IMG/VR virus record: IMGVR_UViG_3300028908_000008
Location: 5,264 to 69,263 of that record
Direction: 5' to 3' (one strand)
Length of the DNA: 64,000 nt
Source of the DNA: a virus
Positions 1 through 9,609 of the stretch are shown here, in pieces. The position numbers and the translations under genes are program-made. Below the pieces are notes generated by a model, which was given only the letters and a program-made list of their open reading frames with translations, was not told the origin of the DNA and ran no database searches. Every line of letters begins with the position of its first letter. Position 1 is the stretch's first letter.

Positions 1-268
1 CTCCGCAGGTTAGTTTATTATTTAAATGTTTACCAGTGGTGCTAGAATAAGCTTTAACCGTGTATTGAGGTTCAATTACTTCAAGAACGGGCGTGTGGGG
101 CTTAACAGGTTGATAGACAGGCTGAGGTGTGGATACAGTTGTATTAGTGCCTACAGTTACATTAGTCTCTATAGCCTCTATAGTACAACAACTATCACTA
201 TTGCTACTACATGCACTAAAAAAGATGATTGAAATTAAAATAAGAGTTTTAAATATCATGCTCAAACT

Positions 269-565
269 TTAGCTTAAAGATGCTATTAAAAGTTCTTTAG
301 AGCTATAACAATCCTCTATCTTATACATGTTAGCTTGATTAGTTCCCATGTAGCGATCAGTGTCCCCGATTAAATGAGTCACCTCGTTATCTTGATTGAT
401 AGATATATCAATTCTCTTAATCTCAAATTGTTTAAACCTCGGTTTAACATGTGCTATATCGTTAATATTACTTCTAGTTTTATTGCAACAATTAACAACA
501 TGTACTATATCACCTATCTTATAAACTAAATCAAATAATAAATCGTTATCGGCGTTTAATGGCAT
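269..565 (-). CDS. hypothetical phage protein
   Basis: 98-aa ORF with AAGGA RBS and TGCTATATT -10-like box upstream. Confidence 0.7.
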   Translation of the reverse strand: MPLNADNDLLFDLVYKIGDIVHVVNCCNKTRSNINDIAHVKPRFKQFEIKRIDISINQDNEVTHLIGDTDRYMGTNQANMYKIEDCYSSKELLIASLS

Positions 566-604
566 TATGAGTCCTTATATTTTTTTCTTAATATAGCACA
601 CTTT

Positions 605-875
605 AATTTTTGCCTTAATGGGAAGGTCAGTCCAATTTTGCCTTAATGGGAAGGTCAGTCCAATTTTGCCTTAATGAGAAGGCTAGTCCAATTTTGCCTT
701 AATGGGAAGGTCAGTCCAATTTTGCCTTAATGAGAAGGCTAGTCCAATTTTGCCTTAATGGGAAGGTCAGTCCAATTTTTGCCTTAATGGGAAGGTCAGT
801 CCAATTTTTGCCTTAATGGGAAGGTCAGTCCAATTTTTGCCTTAATGGGAAGGTCAGTCCAATTTTTGCCTTAAT
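605..875. repeat. Tandem array of a 28-29 bp unit AATTTT(T)GCCTTAATGGGAAGGTCAGTCC, 9 full copies plus a partial
   Basis: GCCTTAAT starts at 612, 640, 668, 696, 724, 752, 781, 810, 839, 868; copies 3 and 5 carry the variant GAGAAGGCTAG; no spacers. Confidence 0.97.
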
Positions 876-916
876 ATGAAGAAACGATAAAATGGAATTA
901 AAAAGAGGTTTTAAGA

Positions 917-1138
917 ATGTATGATGATTTGATTTCTTGCACTATATGCAACAAGAGTGATAGCAACGATTTGTACCTGCTAAATTTGAACGATGGTGAA
1001 TATTTGATATCTAACTACTCATCACACTTAATCAGCTTTCCAGAATATATATGTATTGATTGTATTGATGATTTCAACTCCGATATTGATGATATTTTTA
1101 GATTCAATGATAGTATGAATCTGTATATAGATATTTAA
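917..1138 (+). CDS. small acidic protein with two CxxC motifs
   Basis: 73 aa, CTIC and CIDC, GAGG RBS. Confidence 0.55.
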   Translation: MYDDLISCTICNKSDSNDLYLLNLNDGEYLISNYSSHLISFPEYICIDCIDDFNSDIDDIFRFNDSMNLYIDI

Positions 1139-1376
1139 GGTTAACTTTTCTTTAAGATTGGAAAGATATACTCACTCTTGCAAGTCAATATTTTTCATGA
1201 TTTTTTGATTTAAAAAGTTGATTTAGTAGTTTGAAGTTTGTCACAAAAAAAACTACTAAATCTTTTGCTTTGCTTGACAAACAAAATTTGTACAAGAGCT
1301 TGTATTTTAATATGAATTAATCTTTTAGTGATTAATTATTGCTTGTATTGGTCGTATAAACACTACTAGATCAAAC

Positions 1377-1579
1377 TACATGCAATTTTCAAAAATTAAC
1401 TCCTTAAGCCCTTTTTACATGCAATTTTTCAAAATTAAGCCCTTAAGCCCCTTTTTTTTTACATGGAATTTTTCAAAATTAAGCCCTTAAGCCCCTTTTT
1501 TTTTACATGGAATTTTTCAAAATTAAGCCCTTAAGCCCCTCTTGTCATGCAATTTCCAAAATTAAACCCCTTAAGCCCT
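1377..1579. repeat. Five tandem 39-44 bp units CATG(C/G)AATTTTTCAAAATTAAGCCCTTAAGCCC(T)n
   Basis: CATG at 1379, 1418, 1462, 1506, 1546; directly upstream of TATACT (1612) and the RBS of the zinc-finger gene. Confidence 0.93.
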
Positions 1580-1645
1580 CCTATTTAAGTACAGATTAAC
1601 CTATAATTTAGTATACTTAAGCCCTAAAACGAAAAAGGATAGATA

Positions 1646-2926
1646 ATGAGATTATGTGAAAATTGTGGAACTAATATAGATAAGCACCATGCACTTAGAA
1701 AAGTGTGTGATGAATGTCAAGGTGAAAAGAAAAGAGAATTAGCACGACGCTACTGGGCTAAACTAAAAGAGAATCAAAAACCCCTTTATTGCAAGGAGTG
1801 TAATACTTTACTTCCAAAAGATGTAAAGCGTAATACTCAACGATGTAGCAACTGTAAAACAAAGAGGATAAACGAGCTATCGAGAGAAGCCTATCACAGA
1901 AGGATTAAAGCCCAAAGAGTTAAACCCCGATATTGTATTGATTGTAAAGTAGAATTAGCAAAAGATATGCACTTCAACGCTATTAGATGTGAAGATTGTA
2001 GAATTGCAAAACGAAGAGAGTTAGCAAAAGACTTACGATTAATAAAACGAGACAACAAGGTCTCACCACAAAAATATAGAGAATGTAGAGGTGAAAATTG
2101 CACTGAAAGTGTAGAGGTAAATAAAAACAGATTTTATTGTGATGAATGTAGACGAAAAAGAGCTAATCAATTAAGTAAAGAATTCTACGAAAGACATGTT
2201 AAATCAAAACAACCCCAGTATTTATATTGTGTAGATTGCAAGACACAATTACCAAAAGGTACTCATGTGACTACGCTTAGATGCTATGAGTGTAAAATGG
2301 AAAAAAGAAGATTAACTTCTCGTGAATACCATGAGAAAACTAAGGAAACAAAACAAACTAGAACATGTCAAAGTGAAGGCTGTACAAAACAATTCCTAGT
2401 GAATAGAAATAGAATTTATTGTGAAGAGTGTGCAATAAAAGAAAAGAAAAGAAAGAACAAAATATACGCTCAAAGGAGTAAGGAATTATACAAGGAAAAC
2501 AGACGATTAAGAGTCTTGCAAGAGATTGAAGAAGGTAATAATTTTTGCAAATGTGGTACAAAAATACACCCACGAAAAAATAGATGTGCAGAGTGTGCAG
2601 GTCAAACTAAAGAAGTTATTAAAAATAGAAAAGTTCCTGCATATACAAATAAAAGCACCATGCCCAAAAAACCAACTTGCAAGATTTGTCCAAGAACAAA
2701 TTTATTTAGTGATGGATTATGCAAACCGTGCTACTCCAAGCAAATAGAAAAAGATCAAAGCGTTTGGAATGATAGATTTTTGTTACACAAATATAAGAAA
2801 ATAGCAGATAAAAGCAATCTAACTGTATCTCAAATAGAGCGTTTTATCAAAGATGGAAAGTTAACAATCCCGAACAATCAAAAAGATGTAAATAGTTTTT
2901 TTATCAAACTCTCTCAGCTCCAGTGA
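1646..2926 (+). CDS. Tandem zinc-finger (8 x four-Cys) basic protein, putative nucleic-acid binding
   Basis: Eight Cx1-4C-(x10-14)-CxxC units, most followed by a K/R-rich helix; AAGGA RBS. Confidence 0.85.
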   Translation: MRLCENCGTNIDKHHALRKVCDECQGEKKRELARRYWAKLKENQKPLYCKECNTLLPKDVKRNTQRCSNCKTKRINELSREAYHRRIKAQRVKPRYCIDCKVELAKDMHFNAIRCEDCRIAKRRELAKDLRLIKRDNKVSPQKYRECRGENCTESVEVNKNRFYCDECRRKRANQLSKEFYERHVKSKQPQYLYCVDCKTQLPKGTHVTTLRCYECKMEKRRLTSREYHEKTKETKQTRTCQSEGCTKQFLVNRNRIYCEECAIKEKKRKNKIYAQRSKELYKENRRLRVLQEIEEGNNFCKCGTKIHPRKNRCAECAGQTKEVIKNRKVPAYTNKSTMPKKPTCKICPRTNLFSDGLCKPCYSKQIEKDQSVWNDRFLLHKYKKIADKSNLTVSQIERFIKDGKLTIPNNQKDVNSFFIKLSQLQ

Positions 2927-2936
2927 AGTTTATGAG

Positions 2937-2965
2937 CATCTAAGATATTTTAGATATCTTAGATG
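2937..2965. other. Inverted repeat CATCTAAGATAT-tttag-ATATCTTAGATG (hairpin or operator)
   Basis: 12-bp perfect stem between the zinc-finger and primase genes. Confidence 0.6.
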
Positions 2966-2991
2966 TATTAACTAGGAAAAAAATTAAGGAT

Positions 2992-5514
2992 TTGGGATTG
3001 AAAAAGAAACTTTACAAACAATATACTAATCTAAATTTTACCATAATAGAAATTGGTAAAAATAAAAACCCTCTAGCGAAGAGAGATTTAAACGCTAAAT
3101 CAATAAAATTTGATAAAAATAAAATTTATGGGGCTGTTATACCTGATGGTATTTTTATTATAGATATTGATACAAAAAATGACAAGGTTGGCTTAGAGAG
3201 TTTTGAAAGGTTATGTGAAGATATAGAAAACCTTCAAGATATTAGACCTACAATTAAAACAGGTAGCGGTGGTTTACACTACTATTTTAAAACTAATCTA
3301 CATTTTAGAACTACAAATAAAGAATATCCCGATATAGACTTCTTAACATCTAAAGCAGATAAAAGAGTCCACAATCCTTTCGTAGTAGCAGGTGGACAAA
3401 GTTTAGAAAATGGGGATTATACGGTCTTAAATGAGGGTAAATTATACATTAATGATAATTACGATGAACAATTTATGCAAGTATTAGAACAACAAAAAGA
3501 GCCTTCTAATGAAGATATTTTAGAAGATGATACCATTTCATTTAACGATATAAAAAAGAACTCTCATGATAAGTTATCTCTTAAAAAAGTTTATCAGTTA
3601 TTACAATTAGTAGATGGTAGCTCATACGAAAATTGGATGAAAATATGTGCTATTTTAAAAAGAGAAAATAACTCTAAAGAAATGAGAAATTTATTTATAG
3701 ATTTCTCAAAAAATCAAGATGGGTTTGTTAGCGAAATAGATGTAATTACTAAATGGGATAATATCGGAAATTATCATGGTGATAGTGCAGGTATTGGTAG
3801 CTTACTAGAAGAAGCCTTAACCAACAAAACTAATCATATTATTGATGATTTAGAGCGATTAGAAGATGATATTGAACTAGAAGATATTAAAAAAACTTTA
3901 ACTGATATGCAGGAATACCCGTATATTACCAAGAGTGAACTAGTAGCTAAAATTAGTCATAAAGTTAACATATTAGTTAAAGAAAATAACATACCGTTAG
4001 GGCTTAAAGATGTTAGGGAATTTGTAGTTAATTGTACGAAAAAACCTCGACATGTTGCAAAAGAAGAGTATCTCAAGGAAGAAGAAGAGCGAATCGAAGC
4101 GGGTGAAGCTCCACGAGATGCTTTTCTAAATGAAATTGTCTATATAGACAAAGAAAAGCAAAGTAAGTATGGCTATAAATATAAAACCTATAATGATATA
4201 AGTTTAGAGGCACTTTTATATAAAGAATTCCAAATGCTAAATGACGGTTGGAAAGCAAACAATGGCTTTGGAGATAAAGAAAAAGTTACGCCAAAAAATT
4301 GCGTAATTAAAAATTTAATCCCTCTTGCCGATGTATCAGCGTATAATAGTGCTACAAGCGAGAGAATCTTCAAGAACATGCAGGGTAATGATACTTTTAA
4401 CTTATTTAATCCTCAAACTGTACCTCAAGAGGCAGATAGTATCAGCAAAGAAGGTTTAGAACTTATAAAATTCCTTATTGAACACTATAAAAGACTATAC
4501 AGTGAAGATGAAGTTAAAACGATGCTAGATTATTGGGCTTACATTGCTCAAAATCCTTCTAAAAGGGTTTCGTGGGTAATGGTAATGCAAGGAAGTCATG
4601 GAATTGGTAAAACGCTTATTTGTGAACTTGTAGCAACTCATGTCGTAGGAAGAGCAAACAGTACAATAGTTGACCCTAATCAAGTGACATCTAATTTTAA
4701 CGATTGGGCATCAGGTAGTAGTTTTTGTGTTATGGACGAGATAAGAGTGGAAGGACAAAGCAGATATTCAGTACTAAACAAACTTAAACCTTTGATTACC
4801 AATCAGTATATTTCTTTAAATAGAAAAGGTCAAGTAGGTGTAACAGTTATAAACAATATCACTTATGTAATTGTAACAAATCATAAAGACGCTATACCGT
4901 CATCAGCAACTCATAACGATTCAAGAAGATGGTATCGAATGTTCTCTAAAATAGAATCCGATGAGGACTATAAAAAAATGGTTAGAGATTTAGGATATAA
5001 AAGTAATAGTGAATATATCAAGCCGATTATTAAACTGTTAAACTCTAAAGCGTATGGATCAGAATTTAAAAAGTGGCTACTTGAAAGAGATGTATCAAAA
5101 TTTAATCCTAATGAGAGACCTGCAACAATCGAAGCAGATAAAATCAGCGTGGAGTTAGAAATTGAAAAGCACTCTATGAATGTTTCTGTAATTAACTTTA
5201 TTCAAAAAGCTTATAGCGATGATAGTGTTATTAGTTTAAAAGAGTTGTACGATCGTATAAAAGGAAGTAGTGTTTTAGATAAAGCTAATCCTATTGATTT
5301 TGATGATGATGAAACCCCTCGTTATGCCGATATGAGCAAGATATTAAATCGGATTGGATATTTAAAGTCTAAGAGGATTAGTAGGAAATTTGGGAATAAA
5401 AGATATCAATTTCAGATTTATACAAAAGATGTGCATTCAAGCAACCTAGAAGTTAAGATTAAAAAGTATGTTAAGAAGTATATTAGACCTTTGTTTGAGA
5501 GTGAGAGAGATTAA
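2992..5514 (+). CDS. Primase-polymerase (AEP) / PriCT-2 / SF3 helicase fusion
   Basis: IIDID and TGSGGLHYYF AEP motifs; YENWMKI PriCT-like segment; Walker A GSHGIGKT and Walker B VMDE. Confidence 0.92.
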   Translation: MGLKKKLYKQYTNLNFTIIEIGKNKNPLAKRDLNAKSIKFDKNKIYGAVIPDGIFIIDIDTKNDKVGLESFERLCEDIENLQDIRPTIKTGSGGLHYYFKTNLHFRTTNKEYPDIDFLTSKADKRVHNPFVVAGGQSLENGDYTVLNEGKLYINDNYDEQFMQVLEQQKEPSNEDILEDDTISFNDIKKNSHDKLSLKKVYQLLQLVDGSSYENWMKICAILKRENNSKEMRNLFIDFSKNQDGFVSEIDVITKWDNIGNYHGDSAGIGSLLEEALTNKTNHIIDDLERLEDDIELEDIKKTLTDMQEYPYITKSELVAKISHKVNILVKENNIPLGLKDVREFVVNCTKKPRHVAKEEYLKEEEERIEAGEAPRDAFLNEIVYIDKEKQSKYGYKYKTYNDISLEALLYKEFQMLNDGWKANNGFGDKEKVTPKNCVIKNLIPLADVSAYNSATSERIFKNMQGNDTFNLFNPQTVPQEADSISKEGLELIKFLIEHYKRLYSEDEVKTMLDYWAYIAQNPSKRVSWVMVMQGSHGIGKTLICELVATHVVGRANSTIVDPNQVTSNFNDWASGSSFCVMDEIRVEGQSRYSVLNKLKPLITNQYISLNRKGQVGVTVINNITYVIVTNHKDAIPSSATHNDSRRWYRMFSKIESDEDYKKMVRDLGYKSNSEYIKPIIKLLNSKAYGSEFKKWLLERDVSKFNPNERPATIEADKISVELEIEKHSMNVSVINFIQKAYSDDSVISLKELYDRIKGSSVLDKANPIDFDDDETPRYADMSKILNRIGYLKSKRISRKFGNKRYQFQIYTKDVHSSNLEVKIKKYVKKYIRPLFESERD

Positions 5515-5529
5515 ACTCTCTCTTTTTTT
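5503..5529. terminator. Terminator hairpin GAGAGAG-attaaa-CTCTCTC with T-tract between convergent genes
   Basis: Stem-loop followed by T7. Confidence 0.7.
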
Positions 5530-5728
5530 AATCCAGTTGGAGCATAATCTCTAAAATCTCATCAGCATCAAGATCATTAAAAACCAAAATATCGCTTAGT
5601 TCTTGTGATTCTAAAACCCACACGCTTTCAAAACTGATTTCACCATTAAAATCTTCATAGGCGATTGCCTCACCATCTATAATCTCAATGTGAATTAATT
5701 CACCATCTAAATCTACTAATTTTAACAT
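5528..5728 (-). CDS. hypothetical acidic protein
   Basis: 66-aa ORF with AAGGA RBS. Confidence 0.7.
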   Translation of the reverse strand: MLKLVDLDGELIHIEIIDGEAIAYEDFNGEISFESVWVLESQELSDILVFNDLDADEILEIMLQLD

Positions 5729-5856
5729 CTTTTTTTTCCTTTTTTAAGTTATTCAATTTAAGCCGTTTTAATAGCCGACCTATATCAATGTATTACTAAA
5801 GGGTAGATCGTTCAAATTTACCCCACTCTATGGCTTTTAAAGCTCATATTTTAGTA

Positions 5857-6249
5857 TTAATCATTACCTCCAAATTCTAACTCTGTAATTTTAACCTTGG
5901 TATTCTTAAGTTCTATTTCTACATCTCTCTCGATTGAGCGAATGAATCTAGTTAGTTTTTTCATTGATTTTTCTAAACTGTTTATGTCTGTTAATTCATC
6001 GACACTTAATTTTAAATTGTAGCATTTAAACCTCTTGTCAAAATAGACTTTAACTGTGAGCTTGTTAGTATCTTGATACAGCACTACACCTAAGCCTTTA
6101 GGTAATTGCAAACTTGCACTTACTAAAGATTTTAAATTAAACTCTATATCTCTGCCCTCACATCTTGCAAAAACCTCATGTTCCATTTCTTCTATTTTTG
6201 AATCAACCTCAACTGTTGTAGTTTTTACACTTAATTCTATCTTTCTCAT
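5857..6249 (-). CDS. hypothetical protein
   Basis: 130-aa ORF behind the conserved promoter-hairpin leader. Confidence 0.75.
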   Translation of the reverse strand: MRKIELSVKTTTVEVDSKIEEMEHEVFARCEGRDIEFNLKSLVSASLQLPKGLGVVLYQDTNKLTVKVYFDKRFKCYNLKLSVDELTDINSLEKSMKKLTRFIRSIERDVEIELKNTKVKITELEFGGND

Positions 6250-6254
6250 GACTA

Positions 6255-6335
6255 TCTATCCTTTTATTATATTTCAACCCTATTTGGTTGTTAAAAGAGA
6301 GTATACACGATAATATCTTTGATATTCCTTAAATA
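6255..6335 (-). promoter_or_regulatory. Promoter / stem-loop / RBS leader, copy 1 (diverged)
   Basis: Minus strand: TATACT-ctcttttaacaaccaaatagggttgaaa...AAGGA. Confidence 0.75.
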
Positions 6336-6361
6336 TATCCTATTAAGAGTGGCAAAAATGC

Positions 6362-7117
6362 GTTACTCAGGGTCAAAGCCCTAAATTTGGGGCTTTAAAT
6401 CAAAATTACTCAGGCAAATGAGTAAAAAAAGGGCTTAGGGTGAGTAATTTGAGCGTTAGGGTGAGTAATCTAAAAAGTGGCAAATCCCTAAATTTAGGGC
6501 TTTAAATGAAAAATTACTCACCCTGACAAAATTACTCACCCCTCTCAGAGTTTTTATATATTATTTTTTATTTTTTTTTTCATGTCTTTTATAAAAAAAA
6601 TAAAATCGCATGTAAAACCTTGGCTAAGGGTGAGTAATCTATATAGGGTGAGTAATTTGATCGTTAAAAGGCTTAATTTAGGGATTTGCTCATCTTCAAA
6701 AAAAATTATTTAGGGTGAGTAATATTTAAGAGAGGGTGAGTAATTTGCTCTTCAAATGCCCATATCTTGGTACTTAACTCCACTTTTACAAGATTACTCA
6801 CCCTGCCTGAGTAACTTTCCCGTTTCTTAAGCTTTTTTATTAATCATTAATATTTATGCTAAAAATTTAACACTTTGATAGAAGTCCGATAATACGGTAC
6901 TTTAAGGAGCGAATTACTCACCCTAAAACTTATTGCTCACCCACTTTAGAGTTAAGACTCTCTTTATAATTGATTAAATTTACGATTTTTTCTTAATCGT
7001 TACTCACCCTACCTAATTACTCACCCACTTTTATAGTGTTTAAGATTCACTAAAGAAAAAGTTACTCACCCTAGCGTGTTACTCACCCACTTTTATAGTG
7101 TTTAAGATTCACTAAAG
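6362..7117. repeat. Putative replication origin: about 19 full or partial GGGTGAGTAA/TTACTCACCC iterons in pairs and both orientations, with palindromic spacers and an AT-rich core
   Basis: Motifs at about 6438, 6459, 6514, 6532, 6628, 6646, 6713, 6734, 6794, 6914, 6933, 7000, 7017, 7062, 7079 plus partials; AT-rich 6550-6605; non-coding and near the primase-helicase. Confidence 0.85.
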
Positions 7118-7200
7118 GCGAGTTTGACAAGGTTGAGATATAGTTTTGGTATCTGCTTCGGATAGTCATTGCAAGTGAGTGGGATTTTTGAGTTTTTGTG

Positions 7201-7228
7201 TAGATATAGTCTTATAAGACTATATCTA
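7201..7228. repeat. Perfect 28-bp palindrome TAGATATAGTCTTA|TAAGACTATATCTA
   Basis: Read directly; no loop. Confidence 0.95.
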
Positions 7229-7289
7229 AATAGTTATGCGTTTGTCAAGTTTTTATCAAAAATGGCGTTAAAATGGCGGTTTTCGGGGT

Positions 7290-7336
7290 GTTTTTGAGTA
7301 GTTTTTGAGTAGTTTTTGAGTAGTTTTTGAGTAGTT
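7290..7336. repeat. Four tandem copies of the 11-bp unit GTTTTTGAGTA
   Basis: Read directly; shares the TGAGTA core with the iterons. Confidence 0.9.
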
Positions 7337-7435
7337 GAGGTTTACAGATTAATTCAATTCTGAGTCGATCTGTAGTTTAGTTTAGTTTTTTTTATCAAAA
7401 AAGAATATGGAAATTCCCCATATTCTAAACCTCAA

Positions 7436-7729
7436 CTACCCAAGCACAACCGTGATTAATCCCCGTTCACTCTCATTCCATGAGCTGTTAGGTGTATCCC
7501 AGTGTTGGATATCCAAACTACACTCAAGTACAAAAGCTCCCTCAAATTTCTCAACTACTTTGAATGGTGACGCTATTACACCATAGATATCATGCTCACC
7601 TGCATAAACTCTGTTAAATTCATCCCCTGCAAGTTCGTGAATCATGTTGAAAAAATAATGATCGTAATCTATTACCTCATCTACATGTTTCATATTAGCT
7701 CCATTAATTTTAATTGTTACTTCTCTCAT
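7436..7729 (-). CDS. hypothetical protein
   Basis: 97 aa, behind leader copy 2. Confidence 0.75.
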   Translation of the reverse strand: MREVTIKINGANMKHVDEVIDYDHYFFNMIHELAGDEFNRVYAGEHDIYGVIASPFKVVEKFEGAFVLECSLDIQHWDTPNSSWNESERGLITVVLG

Positions 7730-7732
7730 TTT

Positions 7733-7820
7733 CTAATCCTTATTTTTTTAATTTCAACCTCTTTTGGTTGTTGAAAAGAGTATATAAGAGAATAGCTTAA
7801 AAGAATATTAAATATAAGTA
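7733..7820 (-). promoter_or_regulatory. Promoter / stem-loop / RBS leader, copy 2
   Basis: Minus strand: TATACT-CTTTTCAACAACCAAAAGAGGTTGAAA-ttaaaaaaat-AAGGATTAG. Confidence 0.85.
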
Positions 7821-7869
7821 TATAAGGGTATATTTTTAAGTAGTTTAGCAAGAAGGCTGTTAAGCCCTC

Positions 7870-8043
7870 TTAGTTTGATTTAATGGAAAGAGCTTTGAGG
7901 ACTCTTTTAATCTCATCTTCGTTTAAATCTGTTTTAGCTTTCAAATAGCTAAAGAAATTAATATATGAACCATCAAAACAGTAATCTTCAAATAGTGCTT
8001 CACAATACACTATTAAATCGCCAATGTAATCAGTATTATTCAT
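7870..8043 (-). CDS. hypothetical protein
   Basis: ATG at 8043 with GGAG RBS, overlapping the end of the upstream gene. Confidence 0.65.
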   Translation of the reverse strand: MNNTDYIGDLIVYCEALFEDYCFDGSYINFFSYLKAKTDLNEDEIKRVLKALSIKSN

Positions 8044-8443
8044 TATCTTCACCAACTTTCTTAACTTCAATCATTCCAGATTCACCTAAAAAATCAATAG
8101 GTTCACGACACCAATAATTTAATTTGTTTACATCGTTTATGCACAATGTATATCGTATAGAGTCATACATCACTACCATTTGATCTATAGAACTAAGTTT
8201 GCCAATCCCTATAGTCTCATTATGTTCCAAGCCCATTAAAGGCTTAAGAATCCCTTCTATCTCCTTTTCTACTTTGTCATCAAATATTACATCGTTACCT
8301 TTGAAAATATCCCCGTTGATATCTGTCAATTCATTCAACATATCGCCGAATTGACCCATTCTAAATCTAAATGTAGCGTTTAATGCCATTTGGATAACTC
8401 TTAACTGCTCTTCGTTTAAGTGAATTGTATATTTTTTCATCAT
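8036..8443 (-). CDS. hypothetical protein
   Basis: 135 aa, coupled to the methyltransferase stop. Confidence 0.75.
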   Translation of the reverse strand: MMKKYTIHLNEEQLRVIQMALNATFRFRMGQFGDMLNELTDINGDIFKGNDVIFDDKVEKEIEGILKPLMGLEHNETIGIGKLSSIDQMVVMYDSIRYTLCINDVNKLNYWCREPIDFLGESGMIEVKKVGEDNE

Positions 8444-9423
8444 CTATCCTTCTTTAAAATGTGTAAAAACTCTGTAACCTTGCTATTACCTGCATCTTTT
8501 TGACTTTGAAATTTGTCATACTCCCACTCTTTGAAGCTGTAAGTTCCATACTTTGAAAGTATCTCTTTAATCTCACTACTTTTCAAAAGTCCTTCATTGT
8601 TGTAACTTAAAAATATGTGTCTAAAGTGAGCTTTTTTAATTAACTCTTCTAGTTCGTTTGCTACTCTTTTTTTATAGCACCAGTTGCTTTTTTGATACTC
8701 TCTTAAACCAGTTTTACCTTTTGGTGTGAATCTATCATACTTCGCAATAGTTGTTAAAAGATGATAGTTAGCTCCATATTGTCGAGTGTTGTATGGTGGG
8801 TCTAAATATAGTACATCGCCATGTATATTCTCAATCAGTTTGTTACTATCTTCATTAAATATCTTAGGTTCTTTACCTTTGCATTTTACATTTAATCCAA
8901 CTAAATCAAGTTCTTTCAAAGCAGACGCTTTTAGCTTTTTCAAATATGCTCCAAATACAGAGGCGGTATTTGCTACTTTATCAGCACTTTCAATTAAACT
9001 TGCAATTAAATAGTAGTACGAATCCTTATTAATCTCTTTTCGTCTAAAAAGCCTTTCAATCTCTAATCTAATACTATCTATTTTCATAGCGTTTGATTTA
9101 GAGAAATAAAGCCTTCCATCGCTCCCACCTTCTCCATAGCTCTCACTAATAAAGCCCTCTACACCTTTAAGATTATTAAGCTTCTTCAAATGCTCTTGCC
9201 AACCCAAGGGCTTACAATTTAGTTTGGCTTTTAGTGTAATATACGAGTAGTACTCCATATCATTAGCGATTAAGTTTTTAAATTCACCTTTCATCACTTC
9301 ACTAATAGCTCCAGTACCTGCAAATAAATCACAAAATACAAGCTTTTGATCGCTACCAACACTATTAAGAATGATATCCTTAATAGTGTTAGCTAGTTTC
9401 TTTTTGCTACCTATGTAGTTCAT
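8440..9423 (-). CDS. N6-adenine DNA methyltransferase, D12 class, resembling M.NlaIII/M.HpyI (CATG)
   Basis: MNYIGSK, DLFAGTG, DPPY, ESADKVANTASVFGA and RQYGANYHLL segments as recalled for that family; specificity inferred. Confidence 0.9.
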   Translation of the reverse strand: MNYIGSKKKLANTIKDIILNSVGSDQKLVFCDLFAGTGAISEVMKGEFKNLIANDMEYYSYITLKAKLNCKPLGWQEHLKKLNNLKGVEGFISESYGEGGSDGRLYFSKSNAMKIDSIRLEIERLFRRKEINKDSYYYLIASLIESADKVANTASVFGAYLKKLKASALKELDLVGLNVKCKGKEPKIFNEDSNKLIENIHGDVLYLDPPYNTRQYGANYHLLTTIAKYDRFTPKGKTGLREYQKSNWCYKKRVANELEELIKKAHFRHIFLSYNNEGLLKSSEIKEILSKYGTYSFKEWEYDKFQSQKDAGNSKVTEFLHILKKDR

Positions 9424-9608
9424 CTACAAACCTTCGTGATTGATAAATCCTCACCATGTTTTTGAATATAAATGTACTTATTTACACTCACTCCTTTAGT
9501 ATATTCATCGGAAAGACTTTTATCAATCTTGCCAAGGTTGGAGTAAAAGAACACTCCGACAACTAACATGGCTACACTTACTATTACTATTGATGTTTTT
9601 TCACTCAT
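9420..9608 (-). CDS. small membrane protein
   Basis: N-terminal hydrophobic helix. Confidence 0.65.
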   Translation of the reverse strand: MSEKTSIVIVSVAMLVVGVFFYSNLGKIDKSLSDEYTKGVSVNKYIYIQKHGEDLSITKVCR

Positions 9609-9609
9609 T

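Noticed and set aside
26-232. 68-aa ORF at the window start
   Set aside because: No clear RBS and atypical low-complexity composition; probably non-coding terminal DNA
605-875. CRISPR array
   Set aside because: Repeat length fits, but units are head-to-tail with no unique spacers and there is no cas operon
1377-1579. Mini-CRISPR array
   Set aside because: Units differ only by T-tract length and point changes; no spacers
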